Counted from the first letter of the stretch, positions 26,100 to 35,639 are shown. The stretch is 64,000 bases of DNA from Candidatus Fermentithermobacillus carboniphilus (GCA_018208355.1 CP062796.1:960494-1024493); one strand, 5' to 3'. Notes: a model not told the origin generated them from the sequence alone. Made by a program: numbers and translations.

Positions 26100-27416
26100 T
26101 TACCATGAGGAGCTCTCATCAGATACAAGATCTTGCACCATCTCTTTGCCGACCTTGGCGATGATTTCTCCCGCATCAACACCGGTAAAAGTAACTCCAG
26201 CCTCATAGCCTTGCTCTCCATATACATCGGGAGTCAGTATATAGCCGACGTAGTCATTTGCGTATCCGGCAATAACGACCGTGGCCCGGTCGGTAGAATC
26301 TTTAATCTCTTTGCCTATCTCGTTAAACAGTTCTGCGGGGACTCCTACAACTACAAATGGCCCTATCCGAAGCGCCTGCATTTCGGTAACGATATCTTGG
26401 TCTCCCAGTAAGTCCTTCAGTAAGATAGCACGCTCTGCACCCTGGAGGGTGACCTCGGCAGTCCGAACAAGGTTTTCAGGAGCACCGCTTTCGCGAAGTC
26501 GTTTCAAATTCTCCCGCGCTTCTCTGAGCATAGCTTGGCAGACGTCATCCGGCGGAAACTTACGGACCGGAAGTGTGATCTCGCGGACCGCAGCACACAG
26601 CCGGTCATCATCTGACTCGCGTGCAGCCGAGGCTAGAGCAATAGCCTTCCCCGCTAATAGTTCACCCATCCTCCTGGCCTCCTCGAAAGTGGAGCCCCTC
26701 CTGGTATGACGAGTGCTCACATCCCCCGCAGCTCCTTGCAAGAACATGGGAGTACAACCGGGATAGACCCTGGTGAGAGATTCCTGCGTGAAACTGGGAT
26801 AATCACCACTTATCAGATAATTGGACGCGCTTAGGACGGTCGGATGGCACGTATAGTTCACCAGTATGCCCCGGACGTGGCCATTTTCCCCGGTTACCTT
26901 AAGCACTGTAACCCTGTCGTCAAAGGGTCCGTTTGGATCACGCCTGTTGCACCCAAGTCCCTTAAGATGCCCTGTTTCTACTCCGATCTTTGCAGGAGCG
27001 AGCTTCCTGTTGGCAGCCAGTATGGCTCCCGCTATCGACTCACAAAGGTTGAGAAAATAGGCCTTCTCCGCTTCGGTTGGCCGCTTAGTCCTTTTCACGG
27101 CGCTCCATCCACTCAGACGAGAGGCATTTGGACCTGAGTGTGTATGAGAAGCAGTTAGCATGATGTGATCCTCGGGGATATCGGTCAGACGAGAAACTTT
27201 TCCCCTAACGTACTTGGTAATCTGCCAGTCAATGCCGACAAGATCCGAAGTAACCAGACACACCTTGGTTTTTCCGTTTGAAACCACCATGGCCCTGGCA
27301 TAAAGGGGATTTGCGATACCCTCGCTGCCATGGTCGCGCTCTTCATAACCGGCAAGTTCGGCACCCACCGGAGGAGTAATGTCAACGGTCTGGAATCCTG
27401 CCCAAATAGCCATCAT
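26100..27416 (-). CDS. Neutral/alkaline ceramidase-like N-terminal-domain hydrolase (predicted amidase)
   Basis: AGFQTVDITPPVGAELAGY..PLYARAMVV..CLVTSDLVGI..TASHTHSGP resembles the bacterial neutral-ceramidase N-domain. Start at the ATG at 27416 or 27413, after AAGGAGG. Confidence 0.6.
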   Translation of the reverse strand: MMAIWAGFQTVDITPPVGAELAGYEERDHGSEGIANPLYARAMVVSNGKTKVCLVTSDLVGIDWQITKYVRGKVSRLTDIPEDHIMLTASHTHSGPNASRLSGWSAVKRTKRPTEAEKAYFLNLCESIAGAILAANRKLAPAKIGVETGHLKGLGCNRRDPNGPFDDRVTVLKVTGENGHVRGILVNYTCHPTVLSASNYLISGDYPSFTQESLTRVYPGCTPMFLQGAAGDVSTRHTRRGSTFEEARRMGELLAGKAIALASAARESDDDRLCAAVREITLPVRKFPPDDVCQAMLREARENLKRLRESGAPENLVRTAEVTLQGAERAILLKDLLGDQDIVTEMQALRIGPFVVVGVPAELFNEIGKEIKDSTDRATVVIAGYANDYVGYILTPDVYGEQGYEAGVTFTGVDAGEIIAKVGKEMVQDLVSDESSSW

Positions 27417-27433
27417 CAGCCCTCCTTGAAGTA

Positions 27434-28258
27434 TCACCGATCCTGTTGGGAAAATAGAGCAAGTAGACTTTTAACCGTAGCATTCACAGCGTCACGAGTG
27501 GCAGGTAGAAAGTCCGGATACCGGTATTTGTCCCTGGTCATTACGTCCTTGACAGCCAGAACAGCAGCCTGTGAGAGCCGCGTAAATATGCTGATCTTAT
27601 TCACACCTAGTGCAACCGCCTTTGCGTAATCGTCATCAGGAACTCCCGACCCACCATGCAAGGAAATATCAACCCGGCAGGATGAAGTGATCCGCCCGAG
27701 CCTCAAGAGATCCAACCTGGCCTCGCCGGCCGAGAGCCCATGGGTTGTCCCCACCGATACAGCCAATATATCGATCCCTGTACGGTTTACGAAATCTTCT
27801 ACCAGATCAGGATCAGTTAGCTCGCTCTCCTCCCTGCCCTTGCTCCCGATAGTCCCAAGAGGGGCTTCCAGGACGGCTCCATACGAATGCGCCATACGAA
27901 CAAGTTCAGCGGTCATACGCACTTTCTCCTCATAGTCCAGGCCCTTCCCATCATACATGACAGAAGGAAAACCGTTCCTGAGGGCGGTTTCAATTGAGTC
28001 GGGGGTCTGGGCATGGTCAAATTGTGCGGATACTGGAATACTCGCTCGTTCGGACCGGGACCGAACTGCCCAAAGAAATGTCTCCATGTCGATGAATTTT
28101 AGATGGCTCTCTGATAGGGCCACAATAATGGGCTGACCAAGTTCGTCCGCAGCTGAAACTATCCCATCAACAAACTCGATACAAACCGCGTTAAAAGACC
28201 CTACTGCTTTCTTTTGGGTTCTTGCTTCTTTCAAAAGCGGTTCAAGAGGACTTAGCAT
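27434..28258 (-). CDS. Class II ketose-bisphosphate aldolase (tagatose/fructose-1,6-bisphosphate aldolase, KbaY/GatY-like)
   Basis: LLKEARTQKKAVGSFNAV..IIVALSES..FDHAQT..SLHGGSG are class II FBA/TBA motifs. Confidence 0.8.
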   Translation of the reverse strand: MLSPLEPLLKEARTQKKAVGSFNAVCIEFVDGIVSAADELGQPIIVALSESHLKFIDMETFLWAVRSRSERASIPVSAQFDHAQTPDSIETALRNGFPSVMYDGKGLDYEEKVRMTAELVRMAHSYGAVLEAPLGTIGSKGREESELTDPDLVEDFVNRTGIDILAVSVGTTHGLSAGEARLDLLRLGRITSSCRVDISLHGGSGVPDDDYAKAVALGVNKISIFTRLSQAAVLAVKDVMTRDKYRYPDFLPATRDAVNATVKSLLALFSQQDR

Positions 28259-28267
28259 ATTATCTAT

Positions 28268-29092
28268 TCATCTCCGATTCAGCTGTTCTTGAAGGTATTC
28301 ATACGCGACTTTGCCCGAAACTTTGTCCTTGAAGATCATGCTTATGGCTCGCGTAATCGCTTCAGGGTTCTCATGTTCGAATATGTTCCGGCCCACAGAA
28401 CATCCTATCGCTCCCGCTTCGCGGGCTTGGGCCATGCGGTCCAAGAGTTCTTCATCGGAGATCCGCGGTCCACCCGCAAGAACTACCGGAACCTGCGTCG
28501 CTTCAATAATCTCGGCCATATCCTTGATGCTTCCGGGCCAATTCACCTTAATGATGTCAGCGCCCATTTCCGCGCATAGACGTGCGTTCCGCTTCAAGTA
28601 GTCGGCGCCGTATTCGGTTTCTAACGTATCGAGCGATTGATAGGCCGTAGGATACTCCGCCTCGGCGATGAGAGGCATTCCCCAGAAATCGCACTTCTCT
28701 CCTACGTCGGATAGGTACCGAATCATTTCGGGTTCGTAATCCTGAGCAAGTGCCACGTAAACAGTTACCGCGTCAGCACCGAGCCTCAACGCCTCTTCTA
28801 CCGAACTTATAGGAGTGATCTTTGGCCCCGCAGGCCTTCCCGCAGCGCAAGCAGTCATCATAAGCGCAAGTGAGGTATCTGGCTTAAATTCCTCAACTGT
28901 CTTATAGGCAAACCCGCGACCTAACATAAGCACGTTCGCACCACCACTAATGGCCTGCTTAACTCGGGTGCGGGTATCCATAAGACCTCGCAGAAGAGTC
29001 GGAGATGTCATGCCGTGATCGATCGCAAAAATGATGCACGAGCCTGTATCCTGCTGAATCAGCCTCTTCATTCGTATTGTCTTCCCTAACAC
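28268..29092 (-). CDS. Class I aldolase of the DhnA/FbaB/LsrF family
   Basis: IFAIDHGMT..NVLMLGRG..DAVTVYVAL..ADIIKVNWPG (Schiff-base Lys region)..VVLAGGP..GCSVGRNIF. Confidence 0.7.
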   Translation of the reverse strand: MLGKTIRMKRLIQQDTGSCIIFAIDHGMTSPTLLRGLMDTRTRVKQAISGGANVLMLGRGFAYKTVEEFKPDTSLALMMTACAAGRPAGPKITPISSVEEALRLGADAVTVYVALAQDYEPEMIRYLSDVGEKCDFWGMPLIAEAEYPTAYQSLDTLETEYGADYLKRNARLCAEMGADIIKVNWPGSIKDMAEIIEATQVPVVLAGGPRISDEELLDRMAQAREAGAIGCSVGRNIFEHENPEAITRAISMIFKDKVSGKVAYEYLQEQLNRR

Positions 29093-29184
29093 AGTACCCT
29101 ACCTCCTACTTGACGATTGTTAAAAGATGTGTAGTTTTTGAATAGGCAGCACCAAATCCCCAAGATCTGTCAATAGAGGATTTG

Positions 29185-29952
29185 TCAGTTGAATTCTTCT
29201 CCCAATCGAACCTTTCTCAGGGTTAAAGGCGAAAGCATCCTTGCGGCCGCCTTGTCTACAATCATCGCTGAGTTCCTATGAGTCCGGATCACTGTCATGG
29301 GTACTTCTTCGGTAATCGGCCCTTCAACAACTCTCCTAACAATCTCCGCTTTGTCCTTGCCGGAGACAAGAATCACTATTCTTCGCGCTTCCATGATTGT
29401 GGCAATCCCCATGGTAATGCCGGTCTTCGGAACTTCTTCAAGTGAACTGTACCATCTGGCGTTCGCTTTTCTGGTTTTCTCGTGGATGACGACCATTCTA
29501 GTCCTGGATGAAAATTCGGAACCTGGTTCGTTATAACCAAGGTGTCCATTGTGTCCCAAGCCATCTATGACAAGATCGATTCCGCCGACGTCTCTTATTT
29601 TGTCTTCGTACTCCTGAGCAAACCTTTCGGCATCGTCAGGCATCGGATCCAAATAGAACCAATTATCCGGGTTTAGATTTGTCTTGCTGCTGAAATGTTC
29701 TCGGATATACGAGTAATGCGTATGGGGATCAGACCGCGGGGCATAGACCGTATCAATATCGAACAATCGCATTCTCGAAAAGTCCACACGCCCCTTCCGA
29801 TACGCATCCACAAGCCGCGAATACATGCCGATCGGGGTTCCGCCTGCGGGGAGGGTTATAACGGCGTCCGGCTTTTCCTGCAGAAGGCTTATGATAAGTT
29901 CTGCAGAAACGCATGAGAGTTCTTCGTAGTCATTTACTATTGTTAAACGCAA
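29185..29952 (-). CDS. nagB: Glucosamine/galactosamine-6-phosphate deaminase-isomerase (NagB/AgaI family)
   Basis: ITLPAGGTPIGMY..DLVIDGLGHNGHLGYNEPGS. TTG start after AGGAAGGTG. Confidence 0.8.
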   Translation of the reverse strand: MRLTIVNDYEELSCVSAELIISLLQEKPDAVITLPAGGTPIGMYSRLVDAYRKGRVDFSRMRLFDIDTVYAPRSDPHTHYSYIREHFSSKTNLNPDNWFYLDPMPDDAERFAQEYEDKIRDVGGIDLVIDGLGHNGHLGYNEPGSEFSSRTRMVVIHEKTRKANARWYSSLEEVPKTGITMGIATIMEARRIVILVSGKDKAEIVRRVVEGPITEEVPMTVIRTHRNSAMIVDKAAARMLSPLTLRKVRLGEEFN

Positions 29953-30008
29953 TCTGATTCACCTTCCTACCCGGTAATTGCCAGCAAGCATCGTTCTTTT
30001 GGGGTCTA

Positions 30009-30077
30009 GGGGCAACACCTTCCTTCACCGGCTTCGGGGTAAGACCTTCCTTTACGGGTTTCGGGGCAACACCGGGG
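30009..30077 (+). repeat. 2.5 tandem copies of a 27-nt unit (ggggYaaSaccttccttYacSggYttc) in the IICD-nagB intercistronic gap
   Basis: Units at 30009..30035, 30036..30062 and partial 30063..30077, read directly. On the minus strand they encode Pro/Lys-rich PKPVKEG repeats without a start codon. Confidence 0.7.
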
Positions 30078-30186
30078 CTGGAGGTCCAGGAGTAGCCACA
30101 CAGTCCGTCAGATCCGAGACCATGGATGGTTTCGGGGTAACGGCTGGCGGTCCAGGAATTGGACCCCCAACCCCCGTACCTTCTAT

Positions 30187-31761
30187 TTACTTAAAGAACC
30201 CAACGAGAGCCCCGAGAATACCCAGGATAAGGAGGGTAAAAAGGACCTTGGTGGGTGATGTGCCCTTCTTCAAGACCCTGTAACAGACCCAGGTCAACGC
30301 CAGCGGCAACAGATTTGGTAGTATCGCATCAAGGACGGATTGGAGTCCCACACTAGCCTGCCCGATTTGTAGAGTGGCTTTTGTGGAAATGCTGACCATG
30401 GTCGCAGTCATGGCACCCAGAACCATCATCCCGAGAACGCTGAGCGACTCAGTAACACGCTTAATCCCGCTCTTAATTGTGGCCAAGAAGGAAACGCCGA
30501 GTTCGTATCCCTTGACGAATGGATAATAACGAGTCCAAAGATGGGGGATGTTGAAAAGAACAAGAGATACGATAGGTCCAATAATATTCCCACCCTGAGC
30601 CAATGCAATGCCAATGCCTAGACAGATAGGCCTTATAGTCATCCAGAATAGGGAGTCGCCGACCCCTGCTAGAGGTCCCATGGTTGCGACTTTAAAGGCA
30701 CTGATGGATTCAGGTGCCACTTCCCCTCTGACCACCCCTTCCTCCATGGCGAGAGAAATCCCGAGGATGGGCGCCGCCATGTAAGGCTGGGTATTGAAAA
30801 ACTCAAGGTTTCTCTTTACTGCAGCCTTGAGCTTTTCAGGGTCGTTCCTGTAGAATTTCTTGAGGGCCGGTAAGACTACGAATGCCCAACCCAGGTTCTG
30901 CATACGTTCAAAGTTCCAGGCCGACTGTAGGAAGAACTGCCTCCAAACCAGCTTCCTCAGTTCCGGCTTGGACAGGAACCTGGAGGAACTGTCGGTAGAT
31001 GCACCAACCTCTCCAGCGGTGAGAGGTTCATCCCGGTACAGGAAATAGTCATGCAGAAACGCGGCAGCAGCCCCCAGGATGGCAACACCGACAAGAGGGA
31101 CTTTCATGAAGGTCGCCGCAACAAACCCCACAAAGAAGTAAGGGAAGAGTTTGGGAATTCCGACCATGTTGAGAAGCATTCCGAAACCCAGAGCAGGCAA
31201 CATCCCACCGGCAGCCTGCAGTCCCACAGTGATAACGGATGGTATATTGCTCACTACCGATTTCACCGCATCCACACCGAAATAGATTGCCGGGTACACC
31301 ACCAGGAAAGACCGTAAGAACATAAGGATAATTCCTGCCACGTTGGCCCAGACTACAGCATCGACTTTCCCTTCGTCGATTTTGCGTTCCGCCCAGTGTG
31401 TCAGACCAGAGTTGATGGTACGAACGAATATATCCAGCGTTTGGGCGGCGATTGCGACAGGCACGGCAATTGCGAGAGCCACTTCTGCTCCTTGGCCGGT
31501 AAGAATCGCAAAGGAGGTGGCCAACACCGAGCCAATCACAACATCAGGGGGAACTGCGGCCCCTATTCCCACTACCCCCATCCAGATAAGCTGAAGGGTA
31601 ATGCCGATTGTGATACCCATCTGGACATTGCCTAACGCAATACCGACTATTGTTGAGGCCACAAGGGGATTGGAGAAACCGAATTGCCCTACAGACAGCC
31701 TCTCCACTCCTAGTATTCCCGCGATTAAGGCAAGCAGTAACGCCGTCCCAGCCATCTTCAA
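30187..31761 (-). CDS. Fused PTS mannose-family EIIC-EIID membrane component
   Basis: The N-terminal about 240 aa is IIC-like and hydrophobic. The C-terminal half carries the IID hallmark QSAWNFERMQNLGWAFVVLP. Single 524-aa ORF. Confidence 0.8.
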   Translation of the reverse strand: MKMAGTALLLALIAGILGVERLSVGQFGFSNPLVASTIVGIALGNVQMGITIGITLQLIWMGVVGIGAAVPPDVVIGSVLATSFAILTGQGAEVALAIAVPVAIAAQTLDIFVRTINSGLTHWAERKIDEGKVDAVVWANVAGIILMFLRSFLVVYPAIYFGVDAVKSVVSNIPSVITVGLQAAGGMLPALGFGMLLNMVGIPKLFPYFFVGFVAATFMKVPLVGVAILGAAAAFLHDYFLYRDEPLTAGEVGASTDSSSRFLSKPELRKLVWRQFFLQSAWNFERMQNLGWAFVVLPALKKFYRNDPEKLKAAVKRNLEFFNTQPYMAAPILGISLAMEEGVVRGEVAPESISAFKVATMGPLAGVGDSLFWMTIRPICLGIGIALAQGGNIIGPIVSLVLFNIPHLWTRYYPFVKGYELGVSFLATIKSGIKRVTESLSVLGMMVLGAMTATMVSISTKATLQIGQASVGLQSVLDAILPNLLPLALTWVCYRVLKKGTSPTKVLFTLLILGILGALVGFFK

Positions 31762-32246
31762 CCCTCCTGTCTTGAGAGTAAGTTTTGGATAAGAGTCTTT
31801 GGATCTGATGGAAACATCCGAACTTCAACTTCGACGCCGCTTTGGATGATTTGCCAAAAATCCGACTCTTCTTGGGGAGAAACTGATACCGCTTTTGATA
31901 TCTGCCTCCTTTCTGGGGTGAATTTCATGCCACCCACGTTGATGCTGTGGAGTGGCACACCGGCTCGAATCAGCATGAGTGGCTCTCGTGGTCCCGTGAA
32001 GATCAGCATGAGTCGACGTTTATCGAATTTCCCCTGCTTAAAGTCTGCTACAAACTTGTCTACTGACAGGGCTTGAACATCTACCCCTGGCGGTGCGGCG
32101 ATAGACAAGACAGTAGATTGTATTGGATCTTTTGCGATTGCATCATTTACTATTACGATTTGGTCTACGTTATGGGACCTCGTCCACCCAACCGTAACCT
32201 GACCATGAATGAGTCGGTCGTCGATCCGCGCTAACACGATCCCCAA
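31758..32246 (-). CDS. PTS mannose-family EIIB component
   Basis: MGIVLARIDDRLIHGQVTVGW signature. ATGA overlap with the IICD gene. Confidence 0.85.
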   Translation of the reverse strand: MGIVLARIDDRLIHGQVTVGWTRSHNVDQIVIVNDAIAKDPIQSTVLSIAAPPGVDVQALSVDKFVADFKQGKFDKRRLMLIFTGPREPLMLIRAGVPLHSINVGGMKFTPERRQISKAVSVSPQEESDFWQIIQSGVEVEVRMFPSDPKTLIQNLLSRQEG

Positions 32247-32261
32247 TTATTTACACCCCTC

Positions 32262-32294
32262 TCCACTGACATCATATGACAGTCCTCTGACATC
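32262..32294 (-). promoter_or_regulatory. Candidate operator: direct repeat gatgtcag(a/t)gga x2 flanking a TCATATGA palindrome, upstream of the PTS genes
   Basis: The plus strand reads tccactgacatc-atatgacag-tcctctgacatc. A related tctgacgtc lies at 34638..34646, upstream of the kinase gene. A GntR/HutC regulator is encoded adjacent. Confidence 0.35.
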
Positions 32295-32329
32295 TTAAAA
32301 CAAAACATGGTGGCCGGTGGCCGACGCAT

Positions 32330-33055
32330 TTAGGAAATAGCTCTCCGCCGTACGATGAGGCTAATCTGTTCGGTATCAAGATAGTCTTTAGATACTGCAA
32401 TTACATCGTCGTTAATGTCATAAACCATTTCGTGCGATAAGACGATTGGCCGTCCTTTGCATCTGGGCATATACTTGGCAATACTTGCAGGCGTTACGAT
32501 GGCCTTTAGCCGAGATTCTGTGTGATGCGGATTATGTCCGGTCTTTTGTAGCGCTTCGAAGAACGATTGTGATAGCTGATCCCGGTCGATTGGTCCTCCG
32601 AGATAAGCAAGCGGAGCCAAGTCTATTGAATAAGCTACCGGTACGTCGTTTAGAAGACGAATCCTCTCCAATTCTACGGCAACCTCGCCTGGCCAGCGGA
32701 ACTGTTGCCTCATCTCTTCCGTCAGCGGAATCTCACTGATTTTGATCAGCTTAGTATCGGCAGTTCCACCTGAAGCCCTCAAGATATTGCTTAGGCCGGT
32801 CAGCACATCGAACGTGTACAGGAGGGAGTCTGCATTACTCGATATGAACGTACCGATACCATGCCTTGACCGTACTATGCCTTCCCTTTCTAGCAGTCTC
32901 AGAGCTTCCCGAACCGTGGTCCTCGAGACCTGATATTGGTCAGCCATAGCGACCTCACTGGGAAGACGGGCTAAACCATTTCCTAGTGTCTTGGCGTAAT
33001 CTATTCTGATTTTTTCTGCTATCTGTACATATAGAGGTCGTCTATCTCTGGCCAA
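32330..33055 (-). CDS. GntR-family (HutC/UTRA subfamily) transcriptional regulator
   Basis: LPSEVAMADQYQVSRTTVREALRLLEREGIVRSRHGIGTFI winged helix-turn-helix plus a C-terminal UTRA-like domain. Confidence 0.85.
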   Translation of the reverse strand: MARDRRPLYVQIAEKIRIDYAKTLGNGLARLPSEVAMADQYQVSRTTVREALRLLEREGIVRSRHGIGTFISSNADSLLYTFDVLTGLSNILRASGGTADTKLIKISEIPLTEEMRQQFRWPGEVAVELERIRLLNDVPVAYSIDLAPLAYLGGPIDRDQLSQSFFEALQKTGHNPHHTESRLKAIVTPASIAKYMPRCKGRPIVLSHEMVYDINDDVIAVSKDYLDTEQISLIVRRRAIS

Positions 33056-34582
33056 TTAAATGTCCTCCTTTAGATTAAACCCTAATTCGAACAACTTGTG
33101 TGATAGGGCTGCAATGCTCCTGTAAAACTCACAGTAGACCGCGTAGTAACGTTCATATAGGCTTGCAACGTCCTCTCGAGGCAAAAAGCACCTTTCCCGC
33201 TTAACCATGGCGGTGACACCATCAACCGGTGTGTCAAAGAGCCCGATACCCGTGAACCCCATGATCGCCGCACCAAGAGCCGATGCATCAGCCACACGTA
33301 GACGATGTACCGGTTGATGTAAAACGTCAGCCTTGATTTGAAGCCACCTGTCGCTTTTCGAACCACCTCCAGCCGCTCGCACCTCACGGACAGCCACACC
33401 GGTGGTCCTACAGAAGTGCTCCGCAATCAGCCTGAGTTCGTAAGTGATTCCTTCGATGAGGCCTCTAACAAACATCCCTCTTGTAGTTGAAAGCCTTAAA
33501 CCGACAATTGCCCCTAGTGACCTGGGATCATGTAGCGGAGCACCTGCCCCCGCAAAATGTGGTAACACCAACAATCCAGACAAACTCTCCGGCATCTCAT
33601 TAAGGAGCACGTCATATGGGTCTACCCCTGATGTATCAGGCGGCAGCCCTCCGAACATAAAGTTATCTCGAAACCACCTGAGCACGCTACCGCCTGAAGG
33701 GTTCGTGATCGTATACACGAACCCGTCGCCTGTTAAGCTCGGATTTGCGGGGTAACTCGTAGTTGGGAGACGGGTTTTACTATAAAAACTGGCGCTTTCC
33801 ACAGTCCCCGTTCCTATACCCATTATTCCCTCCTCTGTAACCCCACACCCCAACGCCGAACAAGCCTGATCGAATCCACCGGTTACCACAGGAACATTCG
33901 ACATCGCCTCAAGTTCCGGCACAAGTTCCGAGCTCAGGCCGGCCACTATTGTACCTGGCCTGACGACTTCGGGTAGCAGGTCGTGCCGAACCTCTAGGGC
34001 GTCGATGATTCGGTCATACCAGGAGTCCCTGTTAAGATCGAAACACATGAGCCGTGCAGCAGAAGAAGTTGAGCATACATACTTTCCGGTCAGCCGGCCG
34101 ATTATGAAGTCCTCCCACGTGGCAAACTTAGTCGTCCTTGAATAAAGTTCAGGCATGTTATGCTTAAACCAAACAATCCTATTGATGCCATACTTCGGCG
34201 CAGGCGGTAGACCGGTAGCAGAATGAATCTCCCCCGGGTCCATTTTAGTGAGGAGCGCATCAAGTTCCTCTTTGCCGCGAACATCACTCGACATTATCAC
34301 GTTGTACAGGGCCTGATTTCCGCACAGCGGCATGATCTCATCGCCGGAAACCGATACCGCTATGCTGGCCGGTTTTCCGAATCTCGGGACTACCTGCGAG
34401 GCCACCTGCCCAAGCCCTGACACAACGGCATTCCAAACATCCTCTGGATTTAGTTCGACCCACCCATTGCGAGGAAAAACATACCGATACTCGCGTCTGA
34501 CCGTTGAAAGCACATCGCCCTGTTCAGTGACAGCCAGCACTTTACAAGAGGAGGTGCCTATGTCCAGCCCAATCGACCACAT
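33056..34582 (-). CDS. FGGY-family carbohydrate kinase (xylulokinase/ketose kinase-like)
   Basis: MWSIGLDIGTSSCKVLAV N-terminal ATPase motif, and the C-terminal GGGSKSDRWLQIKADV motif. Confidence 0.85.
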   Translation of the reverse strand: MWSIGLDIGTSSCKVLAVTEQGDVLSTVRREYRYVFPRNGWVELNPEDVWNAVVSGLGQVASQVVPRFGKPASIAVSVSGDEIMPLCGNQALYNVIMSSDVRGKEELDALLTKMDPGEIHSATGLPPAPKYGINRIVWFKHNMPELYSRTTKFATWEDFIIGRLTGKYVCSTSSAARLMCFDLNRDSWYDRIIDALEVRHDLLPEVVRPGTIVAGLSSELVPELEAMSNVPVVTGGFDQACSALGCGVTEEGIMGIGTGTVESASFYSKTRLPTTSYPANPSLTGDGFVYTITNPSGGSVLRWFRDNFMFGGLPPDTSGVDPYDVLLNEMPESLSGLLVLPHFAGAGAPLHDPRSLGAIVGLRLSTTRGMFVRGLIEGITYELRLIAEHFCRTTGVAVREVRAAGGGSKSDRWLQIKADVLHQPVHRLRVADASALGAAIMGFTGIGLFDTPVDGVTAMVKRERCFLPREDVASLYERYYAVYCEFYRSIAALSHKLFELGFNLKEDI

Positions 34583-34822
34583 CTACTCCACCGCCATTTA
34601 TCTAAGACATTCCAATTACCTGAGGCCGACTAAGTTGTCTGACGTCTGTTCATTAGCGGTGGTATTCTACAGAGCAGTGTCAAAATCCTTCTGGGTCACA
34701 AACATTTCTCTTGAAGTCAGCCTGAATTGGGTCGGAAGGTTAAGGACTCTGGGTCATGCCCATGGATTCGCTTGTTGGTCAGGGTTTCGTACTCGTCCAT
34801 GCATGCTAAGAGAGGAATTGGT

Positions 34823-35440
34823 TCACGACAATACCCTGGCATCTTTCAACATATCCTCAAGTTCCGGATCGAATCGATAAGTTACCATCCCTACATCTGC
34901 GCTCACCAACCGCCAAAAATGGTGTCCTGCTCCTGTCCTCACTTTGATTGCCCAATAAGGCTTGTATATGAGTTCCAAAGAAAGCTCGTGGATCTGCGCC
35001 GTCAGGAACCTCCCACTCGCAAAGCGGAAGGATTGTTCCTTGATACGACCAGCTGCCTGTTCTGCCGTGATCCTGCAACTCACCACATGCTCAGCTATCC
35101 CAATATCAAGCAGGCTGAATTGCGGTAAGGTACCCTGTACAACTCCCGGATCACCTTTCCATCCGTCGCACGCAAAAAGCCTGCGTGACAAGTGTTCGCC
35201 AAAGGCACTTCTCAATATCAGCCTGCCCTGTCCGATCCAGTAAGGAATATATATCAGTTCCTGGTTTAGCGGAGTCGCATCACAAACTCTCTTGAACCAC
35301 CCTCTGCAATACGTCCTAACCGCTATCGAAGCTGCTATATTCTTGTCAATGCGGGACGGCTCAACAACTATCTTCGCTTCGGGATTTTTCTCCATCTCGA
35401 GCATAGCCACCCTCCCAACGAGGTTCGGGCGCCCCGACAA
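34823..35440 (-). CDS. Hypothetical protein with an internal duplication (ELIYIPYW.. / ELIYKPYWAIKV)
   Basis: 205-aa ORF with no family I can name. Two similar segments lie about 105 aa apart. About 200-nt gaps on both sides. Confidence 0.45.
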   Translation of the reverse strand: MSGRPNLVGRVAMLEMEKNPEAKIVVEPSRIDKNIAASIAVRTYCRGWFKRVCDATPLNQELIYIPYWIGQGRLILRSAFGEHLSRRLFACDGWKGDPGVVQGTLPQFSLLDIGIAEHVVSCRITAEQAAGRIKEQSFRFASGRFLTAQIHELSLELIYKPYWAIKVRTGAGHHFWRLVSADVGMVTYRFDPELEDMLKDARVLS

Positions 35441-35639
35441 AGCAACGGCTTGTATCGACCCATTTTCTTATCGGTTACCCCTTGGCCTCATCCGTCAGGG
35501 CTCCCGAACCCCAACGTACCATTCATTCAGTCAGTCAGAACTTACAGCAAAGACTTGTGCACAGCTCACATCTTTAAACCAACTAGCACCAGGAACAGCG
35601 GTATCTACAAACCGGCGATGTACTGTGTTGTTCCGGTTC

